DNA from: Candidatus Methylomirabilota bacterium
GTDB lineage: Bacteria > Methylomirabilota > Methylomirabilia > Rokubacteriales > CSP1-6
Direction of reading: 5' to 3'
NCBI GenBank assembly: GCA_035709005.1
Contig: DASTFB010000101.1
Coordinates: 1,483-65,482 of the forward strand
DNA length: 64,000 nt
Below the pieces are notes generated by a model, which saw only the letters and a program-made list of their open reading frames with translations, ran no database searches and was not told where the DNA came from. Every line of letters begins with the position of its first letter. Position 1 is the first letter of the stretch. Both the position numbers and the translations under genes were made by a program. Of the stretch, positions 9,157-18,833 are shown piece by piece.

Positions 9157-10053
9157 GTGAGCACTTCGGGCGTGGCCTGGCTGGCTGGTGTGCCCGTCGG
9201 TGGCGAGCATCCCGTGGTCATCATGGGCGTGCTCAACGTCAGCCCGGAATCCTTTTACGGGGGGTCGATCCGGCGCGGCCGGGACGAGCTCGTCCGTGCC
9301 GCCGGCGACATGGTGCGGGCGGGGGCCGCGCTGATCGACGTGGGCGCCCGCTCGACGGCCCCCTATCTCCCCGACACGCTCGGCGAAGCCGAGGAGCGCG
9401 AGCGGCTGGCTCGCGCCATCGAGGCCGTCGCGCCCGCGGTACCCGTCCCGGTGTCCGCGGACACCGCTCGAGCCGGGCCGGCGGCCGCGGCGCTAGACGC
9501 GGGCGCCCGGGTCATCAACGACGTGAGCGGCCTGCGCGACCCCCGAATGGGGGCGCTCCTCCGCGCGCGCGGCGCCGCGGTCATCCTGATGGCGTCCCCC
9601 GAGCGCCCCGGGCGCGGGCCTTCCTCTTCCATCGACACGCCAGGGCCCGGCGTTGATCCCGTGGCCCGGGTCGCGCGACTGCTCGAGCAAGCGCTGGCCC
9701 GGGCCCGCGCCACGGGCATCCCGGAAGACGACGTCGTGCTCGATCCCGGCATCGGGTTCTTCCGCGGGGAAGCGGTGTCCTGGCACGAGTGGGACGTTCA
9801 CGTCCTGGCCGGCCTGTCCGGGCTGAGCGCCCTCGGGCGTCCCCTGGGTCTCGCCGTGTCCCGTAAGTCATTTCTGGGCGCTATCACGGGGCGGGAGGAG
9901 CCGGCCCGCCGGCTGGCCGGCTCGCTGGCGGCGACCGCCGTGGCGGTGCTGGAGGGGGCGGCCCTCATCAGGACCCACGACGTCGCCGAGACCGTGGACG
10001 CCGTCAGGGTGGCCGAACGGGTGCGCCGGGCGCGGCTCGCCGCAACATCCTGA
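9157..10053 (+). CDS. folP: Dihydropteroate synthase
   Basis: Pterin-binding domain motifs (IMGVLNVSPESFYGG, IDVGARSTAP, VINDVSG). Conserved ftsH-folP-glmM gene order. Confidence 0.85.
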   Translation: MSTSGVAWLAGVPVGGEHPVVIMGVLNVSPESFYGGSIRRGRDELVRAAGDMVRAGAALIDVGARSTAPYLPDTLGEAEERERLARAIEAVAPAVPVPVSADTARAGPAAAALDAGARVINDVSGLRDPRMGALLRARGAAVILMASPERPGRGPSSSIDTPGPGVDPVARVARLLEQALARARATGIPEDDVVLDPGIGFFRGEAVSWHEWDVHVLAGLSGLSALGRPLGLAVSRKSFLGAITGREEPARRLAGSLAATAVAVLEGAALIRTHDVAETVDAVRVAERVRRARLAATS

Positions 10054-10108
10054 GGCCGTTCGCGGTCCTCGTCTTACAATCAGAATCGAGGAAGGTCCGG
10101 GTCACCCC

Positions 10109-11461
10109 ATGAGCCGTCTCTTCGGGACCGACGGGATCCGAGGTGTCGCCAACGAGCCGCCCCTGACCCCCGAGCTGGCCTATCGCGTGGGCCGCCAGCT
10201 GGTGGCGACGCTGCTGGTCGAGCGACAAGTGAGCCACGTGCGTCTGGTCATCGGCCGCGACACGCGCCGGTCCGGGCCGCTGCTGGAGGCGGCGCTGGCC
10301 GCCGGAGTGCTCAGTGCCGGGGGCGACTGCTTCGCCGTGGGCGTCATGCCGACGCCCGCCATCGCGCTGCTCACCCGGGGCCTGGACGCGGACGGTGGAA
10401 TCGTGCTCTCGGCCTCCCACAACCCGTTCCAGGACAACGGGATCAAGCTGTTCTCCTCGGAGGGCACCAAGTTCCCCGACGCCTGGGAGGAGGCGATCGA
10501 GACCGGGCTCGACGGGCCGGACCGGGCGCCACGCGCCAGCGGTGGGGAAATCGGGCGCCACGTCACCTACGGCCGTGCCGAGGCGTACTACGTGGATTTT
10601 CTCTGCCGGGCCTTCCCCCTGGACCTGGGGGGGATGACCGTCGCCCTGGACTGCGCCCACGGCGCCACGTACCGCGTGGCGCCGCGCATCTTCCGTCGTC
10701 TGGGCGCCAAGGTGGTCGCCATCGGCGCTCGGCCAGACGGCACGAACATCAACGCCAGATCGGGAGCCCTGCACCCGGAAACGCTCCAGCGCAAGGTGCG
10801 CGCAGTGGGGGCGAGCGTCGGGTTCGCGTTCGACGGCGACGGCGACCGCCTGATGTCCGTCGACGATCGCGGCGAGATTCGTGACGGCGATTTCGTCCTC
10901 GCCATCGCCGGCCGGCACCTCGCCGCGCGTGGACGCCTGAAGGGCAACGTGGTCGTCACCACGGTCATGGCCAACCTCGGTCTCGACGAGGCGCTACGCG
11001 CGGCGGGCATCGCGGTCGTGAAGACTCAGGTCGGCGACCGCTACGTGGCCGAGGAGATGCAGCGCCGGGGCGCCAACCTGGGCGGCGAGCAGTCGGGACA
11101 CCTGCTCTTTCTCGACTACGCTCCGGTCGGTGACGGTATCCTCTCCGCCCTGGCGCTGTTGACCGTCATGCGCGAGACCGGGCTGTCCCTGGCGTCGTTG
11201 TCCGAGTGCCTGCGCAAGTATCCCCAGGTTCTCGTCAACGTGCCCGTGCGAGCCAAGCCCCCGATGGAAACCGTGGCCGGGCTGGAGGACCGGTTGCGCG
11301 CGTTCGAGGCGGAGATGAACGGCGACGGCCGTATCCTCATCCGCTACTCCGGCACCGAGGCGCTGGCCCGCGTGATGATCGAAGGTGCGGACGGCGATCG
11401 CATCCGGGCCATGGCCGACGAGCTCGCCGGCCTGATCCGCGCGCACATCGGCGTCGCGTGA
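10109..11461 (+). CDS. glmM: Phosphoglucosamine mutase
   Basis: N-terminal LFGTDGIRG. Active-site loop SASHNPFQDNGIK. Confidence 0.9.
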   Translation: MSRLFGTDGIRGVANEPPLTPELAYRVGRQLVATLLVERQVSHVRLVIGRDTRRSGPLLEAALAAGVLSAGGDCFAVGVMPTPAIALLTRGLDADGGIVLSASHNPFQDNGIKLFSSEGTKFPDAWEEAIETGLDGPDRAPRASGGEIGRHVTYGRAEAYYVDFLCRAFPLDLGGMTVALDCAHGATYRVAPRIFRRLGAKVVAIGARPDGTNINARSGALHPETLQRKVRAVGASVGFAFDGDGDRLMSVDDRGEIRDGDFVLAIAGRHLAARGRLKGNVVVTTVMANLGLDEALRAAGIAVVKTQVGDRYVAEEMQRRGANLGGEQSGHLLFLDYAPVGDGILSALALLTVMRETGLSLASLSECLRKYPQVLVNVPVRAKPPMETVAGLEDRLRAFEAEMNGDGRILIRYSGTEALARVMIEGADGDRIRAMADELAGLIRAHIGVA

Positions 11462-11931
11462 GCGTCAAGGGCATCGGCGTCGATCTGGTGCACACGCCGC
11501 GGTTGCGCGCCGTGATCGAGCGGTGGCAGGAGCGCTTCCTGACTCGGGTCTTCACCGACGACGAGATCGCCTACTGCCGGGCGCGCCGGGATCCCGTGCC
11601 CCACTTCGCCGCGCGCTTCGCCGCCAAAGAGGCAGGACTCAAGGCGCTGGGCACGGGATTGCGCCTGGGCATCCGCTGGCGTGAGCTGGAGGTCCGGCGG
11701 GAACGTGGGCAGGCCCCGGTGCTCGTGCTGTCGGGACGCTCACGCGAGATCGGCCGGGCTCGTGGCGGTGACCGCATGCTCCTGGCCCTCACGCACGACG
11801 GCGACTACGCCATGGCCCAGGCGGTACTCCTCTCGGAGGGGGCCTCGACGGCCCCCTCCGAATCCTCCCCCAGGACCGGAGGCGCCGGTGGAGCCGGCGC
11901 TCGAGCGGCGCCTGGTCCCGACGCGAGGTAG
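11458..11931 (+). CDS. acpS: Holo-[acyl-carrier-protein] synthase (4'-phosphopantetheinyl transferase), with an unusual ~35-aa C-terminal extension
   Basis: GTG start overlapping the glmM stop. GIGVDLV...FAAKEAGLKALG...HDGDYAMAQAVLL core. The C-terminal tail is encoded by a copy of the ~58-bp repeat. Confidence 0.75.
   Translation: MSVKGIGVDLVHTPRLRAVIERWQERFLTRVFTDDEIAYCRARRDPVPHFAARFAAKEAGLKALGTGLRLGIRWRELEVRRERGQAPVLVLSGRSREIGRARGGDRMLLALTHDGDYAMAQAVLLSEGASTAPSESSPRTGGAGGAGARAAPGPDAR
11847..11904. repeat. ~58-bp repeat, copy 1 (GACGGCCCCCTCCGA-N-CCTCCCCCAG...GCGCCGG-N3-4-CCGGCGCTCGA), embedded in the acpS 3' end
   Basis: It aligns with the copy at 14677-14734 with few mismatches. It contains a GCGCCGG/CCGGCGC hairpin. 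Confidence 0.5.
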
Positions 11932-11936
11932 CGGCG

Positions 11937-13499
11937 GTGCTGCCGGTGTTTACGGCGGAGGAGATGCGGCGGCTGGACCGGCGCGCCATCGCCGAGCTGG
12001 GCATCCCCAGCGCGGTCCTGATGGAGAACGCCGGCCGCGGGGCAGGGCGGGCGATCCTCGCCGTCGCGCCGGCGCTCGGTGTCGGCCGCCGGGCGCGTGT
12101 CGCCGTCGTCTGCGGCAAGGGAGGTAACGCCGGCGACGGCTTCGTCGTCGCCCGCTGGCTCAAGGCTCGGGGCCTGAGGCCTGAGGTCTGGCTCGCCTTC
12201 CCTCCCGACGAGATCGCCGGCGATGCCGCGCTGAAGCTGACTGCGCTCCGCCGCAGCGGCGGGCGGCCCGCCCTGGTGACGGACGTGGCCCGCCTCGTCG
12301 ACGCCTTGCGTGGCGTCGATCTCGTCGTCGATGCGTTGCTCGGCACCGGGGCGCGGGGGGCGCCCGAGGCGCCGATCGCGGCCATCATCGGGGCGATGAA
12401 CGCCGCCGGTCGTCCGATCGTCGCCCTCGACGTGCCCTCCGGTCTGCCGGCCGACGGCGGGCCGCCGGCGGGGCCCGCGGTCCGGGCTACGCTCACCGTC
12501 ACCTTCGCCGGGCTCAAGCAGGGACTGGTGACCGGGCCGGGCGTGGACTTCGCAGGCCGGGTTGAGGTCGTCGACATCGGCGTTCCGGCGGCCGAGGTGG
12601 GCCGAGGCGTCTCGACCTTCCTGCTCGAGGCCAGCGACGTGGCGCGACAGCTGCCGCCGCGTTCCCGCTCGGCTCACAAGGGCACGCTGGGCCATGTCCT
12701 CATCGTCGCCGGCTCGCTCGGCAAGACGGGAGCGGCGGCGCTGGCCGCTGGCGGGGCGCTCCGCAGCGGCGCCGGGCTGGTCACCGTCGCCACCGCGGCG
12801 AGCCAGCAGCCGGTGGTCGCGGGGCTGGTGCTGGAGGCGATGACCGCGGCGCTGCCCGAGACGGCGGCACACTCGGTAGCGCTCAAAGCCGTCGATGCCA
12901 TCGCCGAGCTGGCGGCCGGACGCGATGCGGTGGCGATCGGCCCTGGCCTCGGTCTCGATGCCGACACCCAGGCCCTGGCCCGCGAGCTCGTGCGGACGCT
13001 GACGATCCCGGTCGTGGTCGACGCCGATGCCCTCACCGCGCTCGCCGGTCACCTGGACGCCCTCGACACTGCCCCGGCCGCGCGTTGTCTCACTCCGCAC
13101 CCGGGGGAGATGGCCCGCCTGCTGGGCGCGACGGTGACGGAGGTGGAACGTGACCGTGTCGGCGTCGCCCGGCGCCTGGCGAGCGAGCATCGCGCCTGGG
13201 TCGTCCTCAAAGGCGCGGGCAGTCTGGTCGCGGCGCCGTCCGGCGAGGTCTACATCAATCCCACCGGAAACCCCGGCATGGCGAGCGGCGGCACCGGCGA
13301 CGTGCTGACGGGAATGGCCGGCGCCCTCCTGGCCCGCGGCCTGCCCCCGGTGGCGGCGCTGCAGACGGCCGTGTACGTGCACGGGCGCGCTGGCGACCTG
13401 GCCGCAGCCCGGCTGGGCCAGGAGGCCCTCATCGCCGGCGATCTCGTCACGGCGCTGCCCGAAGCGCTCGTCGAACTGCAGTCCCGGCATGCCGGTTGA
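11937..13499 (+). CDS. nnr: Bifunctional NAD(P)H-hydrate repair enzyme Nnr (epimerase + ADP-dependent dehydratase)
   Basis: YjeF N-terminal domain (LMENAGRGAGRAI...VCGKGGNAGDGFVVAR) and C-terminal carbohydrate-kinase-like domain (GTGDVLTG). Confidence 0.85.
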   Translation: MLPVFTAEEMRRLDRRAIAELGIPSAVLMENAGRGAGRAILAVAPALGVGRRARVAVVCGKGGNAGDGFVVARWLKARGLRPEVWLAFPPDEIAGDAALKLTALRRSGGRPALVTDVARLVDALRGVDLVVDALLGTGARGAPEAPIAAIIGAMNAAGRPIVALDVPSGLPADGGPPAGPAVRATLTVTFAGLKQGLVTGPGVDFAGRVEVVDIGVPAAEVGRGVSTFLLEASDVARQLPPRSRSAHKGTLGHVLIVAGSLGKTGAAALAAGGALRSGAGLVTVATAASQQPVVAGLVLEAMTAALPETAAHSVALKAVDAIAELAAGRDAVAIGPGLGLDADTQALARELVRTLTIPVVVDADALTALAGHLDALDTAPAARCLTPHPGEMARLLGATVTEVERDRVGVARRLASEHRAWVVLKGAGSLVAAPSGEVYINPTGNPGMASGGTGDVLTGMAGALLARGLPPVAALQTAVYVHGRAGDLAAARLGQEALIAGDLVTALPEALVELQSRHAG

Positions 13500-13932
13500 G
13501 CGCATCCTCACCGAGAGCCCGGGAGAGACAGAAGCGGTGGGGGAACGCCTCGGACAGTCGCTTCAGCCTGGCGACGTCGTCGCGCTGACCGGTGAGCTGG
13601 GAGCCGGCAAGACCTGTTTCGTCCAGGGCCTGGCGCGCGGACTCGGCGTGCGCACCCAGGCCACGAGCCCGACCTTCGTGCTCATCAACGAGTACCGTGG
13701 TCGCGTGCCCGTCCATCACGTCGACGCGTTTCGAACGGTGAGCCTCAGCGAGCTGATGGATCTGGGATTGCCCGAGCTCTTCGGCGAGGAGGGGGTGACG
13801 GTCATCGAGTGGGCCGACCGGCTCGCCCCGCTGCTGCCCGCCCGCACGATTCACGTGGAGATCGCCGGCGTGGGCGACGAGCCGCGACAGATCACCGTGC
13901 GCCGGCCCTCCGTATCGAACGCGCGACATTGA
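13489..13932 (+). CDS. tsaE: tRNA threonylcarbamoyladenosine biosynthesis ATPase TsaE
   Basis: P-loop GELGAGKT followed by SPTF. Conserved nnr-tsaE neighbourhood. Confidence 0.8.
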   Translation: MPVERILTESPGETEAVGERLGQSLQPGDVVALTGELGAGKTCFVQGLARGLGVRTQATSPTFVLINEYRGRVPVHHVDAFRTVSLSELMDLGLPELFGEEGVTVIEWADRLAPLLPARTIHVEIAGVGDEPRQITVRRPSVSNARH

Positions 13933-13963
13933 CGCGCCCCCCGGGCTGCGGCTACCAGAGAGC

Positions 13964-14638
13964 ATGGCGCTCGAGCGGTGGCCGACGGGGGAGCGGCCGC
14001 GCGAGCGGTTACGCTGCCAGGGGTTGACGGCGCTGGCCGACGCCGAGCTGCTGGCGCTGCAGCTGGGGTCGGGAGCCCCGGGGCAGAGCGCCGTCGATGT
14101 CGCCCGGGAGCTGCTGGCGACGTATGGATCCCTCGCCGAGATCGGCGCCCGCGAGGTCAGCGAGCTGGCCCGCCAGCGCGGCGTGGGGCCCGCCAAGGCC
14201 GCGCGGCTCGCCGCCGCCTTCGAGATGACGCGGCGGCTGCGGGCGCGTCCCCCCGGCGTTCGGGTCGTCCTGGCCGCCCCCGCCGCGGTGTTCGCCGCGT
14301 TCGCCCCGCTCATGGAGGATCTCAAGCGCGAGGTGTTCCGGGTAGCCCTGCTCGACGCCAAGAACGGCCTGCTGCGGGACTGCGTGATATCCGAGGGCAC
14401 GGTCTCGGCGAGCTATGTGCATCCGCGCGAGGTGTTCAAGCCGGCGATCCTGGAATCGGCGGCCTCGGTGATCCTCCTGCACAATCACCCCAGCGGCGAT
14501 CCCACGCCGAGCCGCGAGGATGTCCGGCTCACCCGGCAACTCGTGGAGTGCGCCCGGCTGCTCGATCTCCGGCTGCACGACCACGTCATCGTCGGCCGGG
14601 GGCGGTTCGTGAGCTTCGCCGAGCAGGGTATGATTTGA
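13964..14638 (+). CDS. radC: RadC-family JAMM-motif protein (UPF0758)
   Basis: N-terminal HhH (RERLR...LSDAELLALLL-like) and JAMM motif HNHPSGDPTPSREDV. Confidence 0.8.
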   Translation: MALERWPTGERPRERLRCQGLTALADAELLALQLGSGAPGQSAVDVARELLATYGSLAEIGAREVSELARQRGVGPAKAARLAAAFEMTRRLRARPPGVRVVLAAPAAVFAAFAPLMEDLKREVFRVALLDAKNGLLRDCVISEGTVSASYVHPREVFKPAILESAASVILLHNHPSGDPTPSREDVRLTRQLVECARLLDLRLHDHVIVGRGRFVSFAEQGMI

Positions 14639-14676
14639 ATCGGAGAGGGCGATACACAGGCGCGCCTGTTGGGCGC

Positions 14677-14734
14677 GACGGCCCCCTCCGAGGCCTCCCC
14701 CAGAAAAACGGGCGCCGGCAAAGCCGGCGCTCGA
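14677..14734. repeat. ~58-bp repeat, copy 2, intergenic after radC
   Basis: Same core as 11847-11904. It is preceded by the 14-bp palindrome ACAGGCGCGCCTGT (14656-14669). Confidence 0.5.
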
Positions 14735-14751
14735 ATAGGAGCGACCTCCAC

Positions 14752-15207
14752 ATGGCGATCAAGGTGGAGCGGGTAGGGCACGTGGTGCTGAAGGTCAGCG
14801 ACTTGGAGCGGGCGGTGGCGTTCTATCGGGATGTGCTGGGGCTCCGGGAAGTCGCCAGGGGCACGTTCGGGGCGCCCATGGTCTTCTTCTCCACCACGGG
14901 CGACAACCACCACGATCTCGCGCTGCTCGAGGTGGGCCCGACGGCGCCGCGTCCCGGCGCGCAGGCCGTGGGGCTCTACCACGTCGCCCTGAAGATCGGC
15001 GACAGCCTGGACGCGCTCCGGGCCGCCCGGGCCCATCTCGAGGCCCACGGGATCACCAGGTTGGCTCTGGTGGATCACCGCGTCAGCCAGTCGATCTATC
15101 TCAACGATCCCGACGGCAACGGCCTCGAGCTCTACGTCGACGCCGACCCCGCGGTGTGGCGGACGAACCCGGCCGCCGTGGCCACCGTCGGGCCGCTGCA
15201 GCTCTGA
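14752..15207 (+). CDS. VOC-family (glyoxalase/bleomycin-resistance/extradiol dioxygenase fold) protein
   Basis: Two beta-alpha-beta-beta-beta modules with His/Glu ligands (GHVVLKV...HHDLAL...YHVALKI...LELY). Confidence 0.7.
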   Translation: MAIKVERVGHVVLKVSDLERAVAFYRDVLGLREVARGTFGAPMVFFSTTGDNHHDLALLEVGPTAPRPGAQAVGLYHVALKIGDSLDALRAARAHLEAHGITRLALVDHRVSQSIYLNDPDGNGLELYVDADPAVWRTNPAAVATVGPLQL

Positions 15208-15210
15208 CCC

Positions 15211-15453
15211 TCAGCTCTTCGCCAGCTTCTCGATCTCCTTGCGAGGCAGCGTCTGGAGCCGCGACAGAAGTGTCTTGACCTTGCGCTCGGAGGCGTGGTC
15301 AGCGAGGATCAGCTTCTTGGAGCGCGTGCCGTTCACGATGTAGGCGACCCAGTCATCGAGGCTCGGCGTGCCACGCCAGGCGATGGTCACCCCACTGAGT
15401 CGCATGCGCCGACGACCTTCTACCTTCGCGAGAGGCTTGCGGTTGCTCTCCAT
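15211..15453 (-). CDS. Small basic hypothetical protein (~80 aa)
   Basis: ORF with a strong SD (GAAGAGGA) 8 nt before the ATG (MESNRK...). It sits in a locally lower-GC region, and I recognise no family. Confidence 0.4.
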   Translation of the reverse strand: MESNRKPLAKVEGRRRMRLSGVTIAWRGTPSLDDWVAYIVNGTRSKKLILADHASERKVKTLLSRLQTLPRKEIEKLAKS

Positions 15454-15769
15454 CGGTGCTGTTCCTCTTCTGCCGCCTGCGGTGTGCACCGCCGCGCGCC
15501 ACGACACGGCTCGTTCAAAAGCCCGCTCAAGGTACGAGGGCCGCTCGCGCAGTGTCAAGGTCTCGTTTGCCCGCGTGAAATCGGGCGCGCCGCGCTCGGG
15601 CCTCGCTCGCTGTCGCGTGGGGACGGCGAAAAGCGGAGGCGCCGACGACGGTGGACGAGCAGTCCGTCACTTTTTCGCGCCCTGCCCGCCAGAGCGCGCT
15701 GAGACGGGCGATTCTTCGTTCTGTGGATACCTGTGGACATGTGGACAACCGGTGAGTAACCCGGGCACG

Positions 15770-16771
15770 TCAGCGGCGTGCGAGTAGCGACTGCAAGATC
15801 TCGCGTGCCAGCCCAGGACCCCGGGTAACGAAACCCGTGAAGTATCCGACGGCGGTCGCGCCGGCGTCGAGCAGCTGGAGCGCCTTGTCGGCCGAGTCGA
15901 CGCCGCCGGTGGCGATGAGATCCAGCGCGTTCCCGAAACGGGCCCGCGTGCGGCGGACGTTCTCCAGCGTGGCGGGAAAGATTTCCGGACCCGACAGGCC
16001 GCCGGCGCCCTGGGACAGCCGCGGTTCGGGCACGCGGCGTGCGTTGCCATAGTTGATAACGGGCACGCCGGCCTTGAGGACGGCCGGGATGATCTCGCGC
16101 TCGTTGGCGTCGGCGAAGTCCGGCGAGAGCTTCACGGTGAGCGGTACCGCGATGGCCGCGCGCACGCGGTTCAGCAACCCGGCGAGCTCGTCGGGGCGGG
16201 TGCTCCATGTGTAGACCAGCGCGGTGTTCGGCGAGGAGATGTTGAGCTCGATGAGGTCGGCGAACGGGGCCAGCTCCCGGGCCAGGTCAAGGTAGTCCTC
16301 GGCGGTTTCCCCGGCCACACTGACGATGAGAGGAACCCGATGGGGGAGCCCAGGGAGGGTCGCGCGGAACGCATCGAGGCCGGGATTGTGGAAGCCGTTG
16401 CAGTTGACGAACCCGACGCCGGCGGCCGTGCGCACCCGAACGAGGTTCGGCGGGGGGTGGCCGGGTCGCGGCCGCCGGGTGATGCTCTTGGTGGTGACGG
16501 CGCCGAACCCCAGGCCCATGGCCCGCTCGAGGATTTGCCCGTCGTAGTACATGGCGGCGAGGATCAGCGGGTTGGGGAGCCGCACGCCGCCCAACGTGAT
16601 GGCCAGGCGGGGATCGTCGAGCCGGAACGCGCCGAGCCGATCGAGGGGCAGCCAGCGCAGGCCGGCCTGGCCCGCCGCGACGGCCGCCCGCTCCGGCAGC
16701 CGGCCGAGCACGCCGCCGTACAGGGCCCGGTACAGGAGCGTCAGGGCGCGCGTCATCGGCGTGCTCCGCAC
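15770..16771 (-). CDS. pyrD: Dihydroorotate dehydrogenase-like (class 2 PyrD family) flavoprotein
   Basis: FMN/substrate motifs ...NCNGFHNPG..., ...IELNISSPNT..., GLSG, ATGGV. Confidence 0.7.
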   Translation of the reverse strand: MRSTPMTRALTLLYRALYGGVLGRLPERAAVAAGQAGLRWLPLDRLGAFRLDDPRLAITLGGVRLPNPLILAAMYYDGQILERAMGLGFGAVTTKSITRRPRPGHPPPNLVRVRTAAGVGFVNCNGFHNPGLDAFRATLPGLPHRVPLIVSVAGETAEDYLDLARELAPFADLIELNISSPNTALVYTWSTRPDELAGLLNRVRAAIAVPLTVKLSPDFADANEREIIPAVLKAGVPVINYGNARRVPEPRLSQGAGGLSGPEIFPATLENVRRTRARFGNALDLIATGGVDSADKALQLLDAGATAVGYFTGFVTRGPGLAREILQSLLARR

Positions 16772-16827
16772 CTTAGCACAACGCAGCGCTTGACGATCGA
16801 CGGATCGGGCATTTACGTTAGGAAAGC

Positions 16828-17646
16828 TTGAGTCCCAGCTTTCGCTCCGTGCTGAGTGGTGGTCGGCCGAAAGCGCTCGGTCAGGTGGCCCTGGTCGCGC
16901 TCCTCTTCACGGCAGCCTGTGCGACCTCGGGCACGGGCAACGTACCCGCCGCCGACGGCCGGCAGGTCGTCACGACCGACTTCGCCTTCGCTCGAGACAC
17001 GTTCACCTTCCGCAACGAGATCCGGTCACGTCACCCCGATGTGGAGGATCTGTACGCGAACTACTGTTTCGTCCTCGCCCGGGGCGTGCGGCAGTTCTTC
17101 CTCTTCGCCCGCTTCGATCCCTCGGCGCCGAAGCTCGCCTCGGCGGCCTACGCCGAGCGCGTGCGCGAGGTGGCGGCGCACCCGCCCTGGCACGCCCCGC
17201 TCCCTCGCGACGAGCGGATCGTGATTCCCGGCTACGCCAGCCTCCGCGAGTTCTCCCGCGCCGAAGAGGCGGCCGTGAAGACCGGCCTGGGCGGGCCCTT
17301 CTGGACGTGGCTGCACTGGACCAACTGGCGGGTGACGTTTCCGGTGACGCGTGGCCAGCAGGCGCGCGTCGCCCGCGAGATCTTGCAGGAGCTGGAGCGA
17401 GGCCGGATGGTGCAGCTGCTGATCACCAACCTGCCGAGCTGGGAGCTCAACCACACCGTGGTGACGTACGCCTACCGCCGGGCCGGCCCCAACGTCGAGC
17501 TCACGGTCTGGGATCCCAACAATCCCGATGGGCCCGGTCTGATCACGTTCGACGCCACGCAACGCCGGTTCTGGGCGACCGACGTCTACGACACGAGGCC
17601 CGGCCCCATCCGGGTCTTTCGCATGTACTACTCGTGGCTGCTGTGA
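16828..17646 (+). CDS. Lipoprotein of unknown function (first gene of the biosynthetic operon)
   Basis: Signal peptide with lipobox LFTAAC. Its stop overlaps the KS1 start. Confidence 0.5.
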   Translation: MSPSFRSVLSGGRPKALGQVALVALLFTAACATSGTGNVPAADGRQVVTTDFAFARDTFTFRNEIRSRHPDVEDLYANYCFVLARGVRQFFLFARFDPSAPKLASAAYAERVREVAAHPPWHAPLPRDERIVIPGYASLREFSRAEEAAVKTGLGGPFWTWLHWTNWRVTFPVTRGQQARVAREILQELERGRMVQLLITNLPSWELNHTVVTYAYRRAGPNVELTVWDPNNPDGPGLITFDATQRRFWATDVYDTRPGPIRVFRMYYSWLL

Positions 17647-18833
17647 GCAGCCGCCAGCGCCCGACGGCTGAGCCCGTCGTCGTGGTGGCGGCCGGCGTGG
17701 TGACGCCGATCGGCACCGATCTCGACGCGTTCTGGTCCGGTCTCGTGACCGGCAGCGACGGCATCTCGGTGATCGAGCGCTTCCCGGTCGCCGATCTGCG
17801 CGTGGCCCGGGGTGGGGAGATCAAGAAGCTGCCCCTGCCGGGCGGGGGACCGGACGGAGCATGTCGGGCGACGCTCCTGCTGGAGGCGGCGGCCCGCGAT
17901 CTGCTGGCTCGCGTCAGCTTGCTGGCGCCGCCGGAGCGGCGGGCCGTGGTGCTGGGCACTGCGCTGGGCGGTGTGGAGGAGCTGGATCGGGCCATCGCGG
18001 GCGACGCCGGCCTCCGCCGGGCAGCGGGCGGCCTCTACGATGCCCCGACCCTGGCCCTGGCGCGCCGCCTCGGCGCGCGCGGCCCCGCGCTCACCGTCTC
18101 GACGGCGTGCGCGTCGGGGGCGACCGCCCTGGGCCTGGGCGCCGACCTCTTGCGCGACGATCGCGCCGATCTCGTGGTGGCCGGAGGGTACGACGTGCTC
18201 TGCCGCTTCGTCATGCGGGGCTTCGATGCGCTGCGCTCGCTGACCCGGGAGCGGGTGCGTCCGTTCGACCGGCGGCGGAGCGGGCTTCTGCTCGGCGAGG
18301 CGGCCGCCCTCGTGCTGCTGGCCCGGGAGGCCGACGCGCCCGCCCCGCGGCTGGGGCGTCTGCTCGGCCACGCCAGCACCAGCGACGGCGCCCACATCGC
18401 GGCGCCGGATCCGAGCGGCCGCGGACTCGAAGCCGCCATCAGGAGCGCCATGAAGCAGGCGGCCGTGACGGCGGGCGACATCGACTTCGTGAGCGCCCAC
18501 GGCACGGCGACACCGCTGAACGACCCCATCGAGACGGCCGTGCTCAAGCGGGTGCTGGGCGCGCGCGCCCGGGCCATTCCCGTCAACTCCATCAAAGGAG
18601 GGCTCGGCCATACCATGGGCGCCGCCGCCACCCTGGAGGCCGTCATGTGTCTGCTGGCGTCGCGACACGCGGTGATTCCGCCCACGCTCGGCTTCGAGGA
18701 GCCCGACCCCGAGTGCGACCTCGACTACGTGCCTCGCCAGCCACGGCCCGCGCGGCCGGTGGTGAGCCTCAGCACCTCCGCGGGCTTCGGCGGGTGTAAC
18801 GCGGCGCTCGTCCTGGAGGGCGCGGCGCCGTGA
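17643..18833 (+). CDS. Beta-ketoacyl-ACP synthase (FabF/KAS I-II type), KS1
   Basis: Active-site Cys (TACASGAT). His-His motifs (SAHGTATPLND, GHTMGAAA). GTG start overlapping the upstream stop. Confidence 0.85.
   Translation: MSSRQRPTAEPVVVVAAGVVTPIGTDLDAFWSGLVTGSDGISVIERFPVADLRVARGGEIKKLPLPGGGPDGACRATLLLEAAARDLLARVSLLAPPERRAVVLGTALGGVEELDRAIAGDAGLRRAAGGLYDAPTLALARRLGARGPALTVSTACASGATALGLGADLLRDDRADLVVAGGYDVLCRFVMRGFDALRSLTRERVRPFDRRRSGLLLGEAAALVLLAREADAPAPRLGRLLGHASTSDGAHIAAPDPSGRGLEAAIRSAMKQAAVTAGDIDFVSAHGTATPLNDPIETAVLKRVLGARARAIPVNSIKGGLGHTMGAAATLEAVMCLLASRHAVIPPTLGFEEPDPECDLDYVPRQPRPARPVVSLSTSAGFGGCNAALVLEGAAP

Noticed and set aside
15454-15530. Possible SRP (4.5S) RNA because of a GGTGCTGTT string.
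   Set aside because: - The conserved domain IV sequence (…AGGAAGCAGCC…) is absent on both strands.
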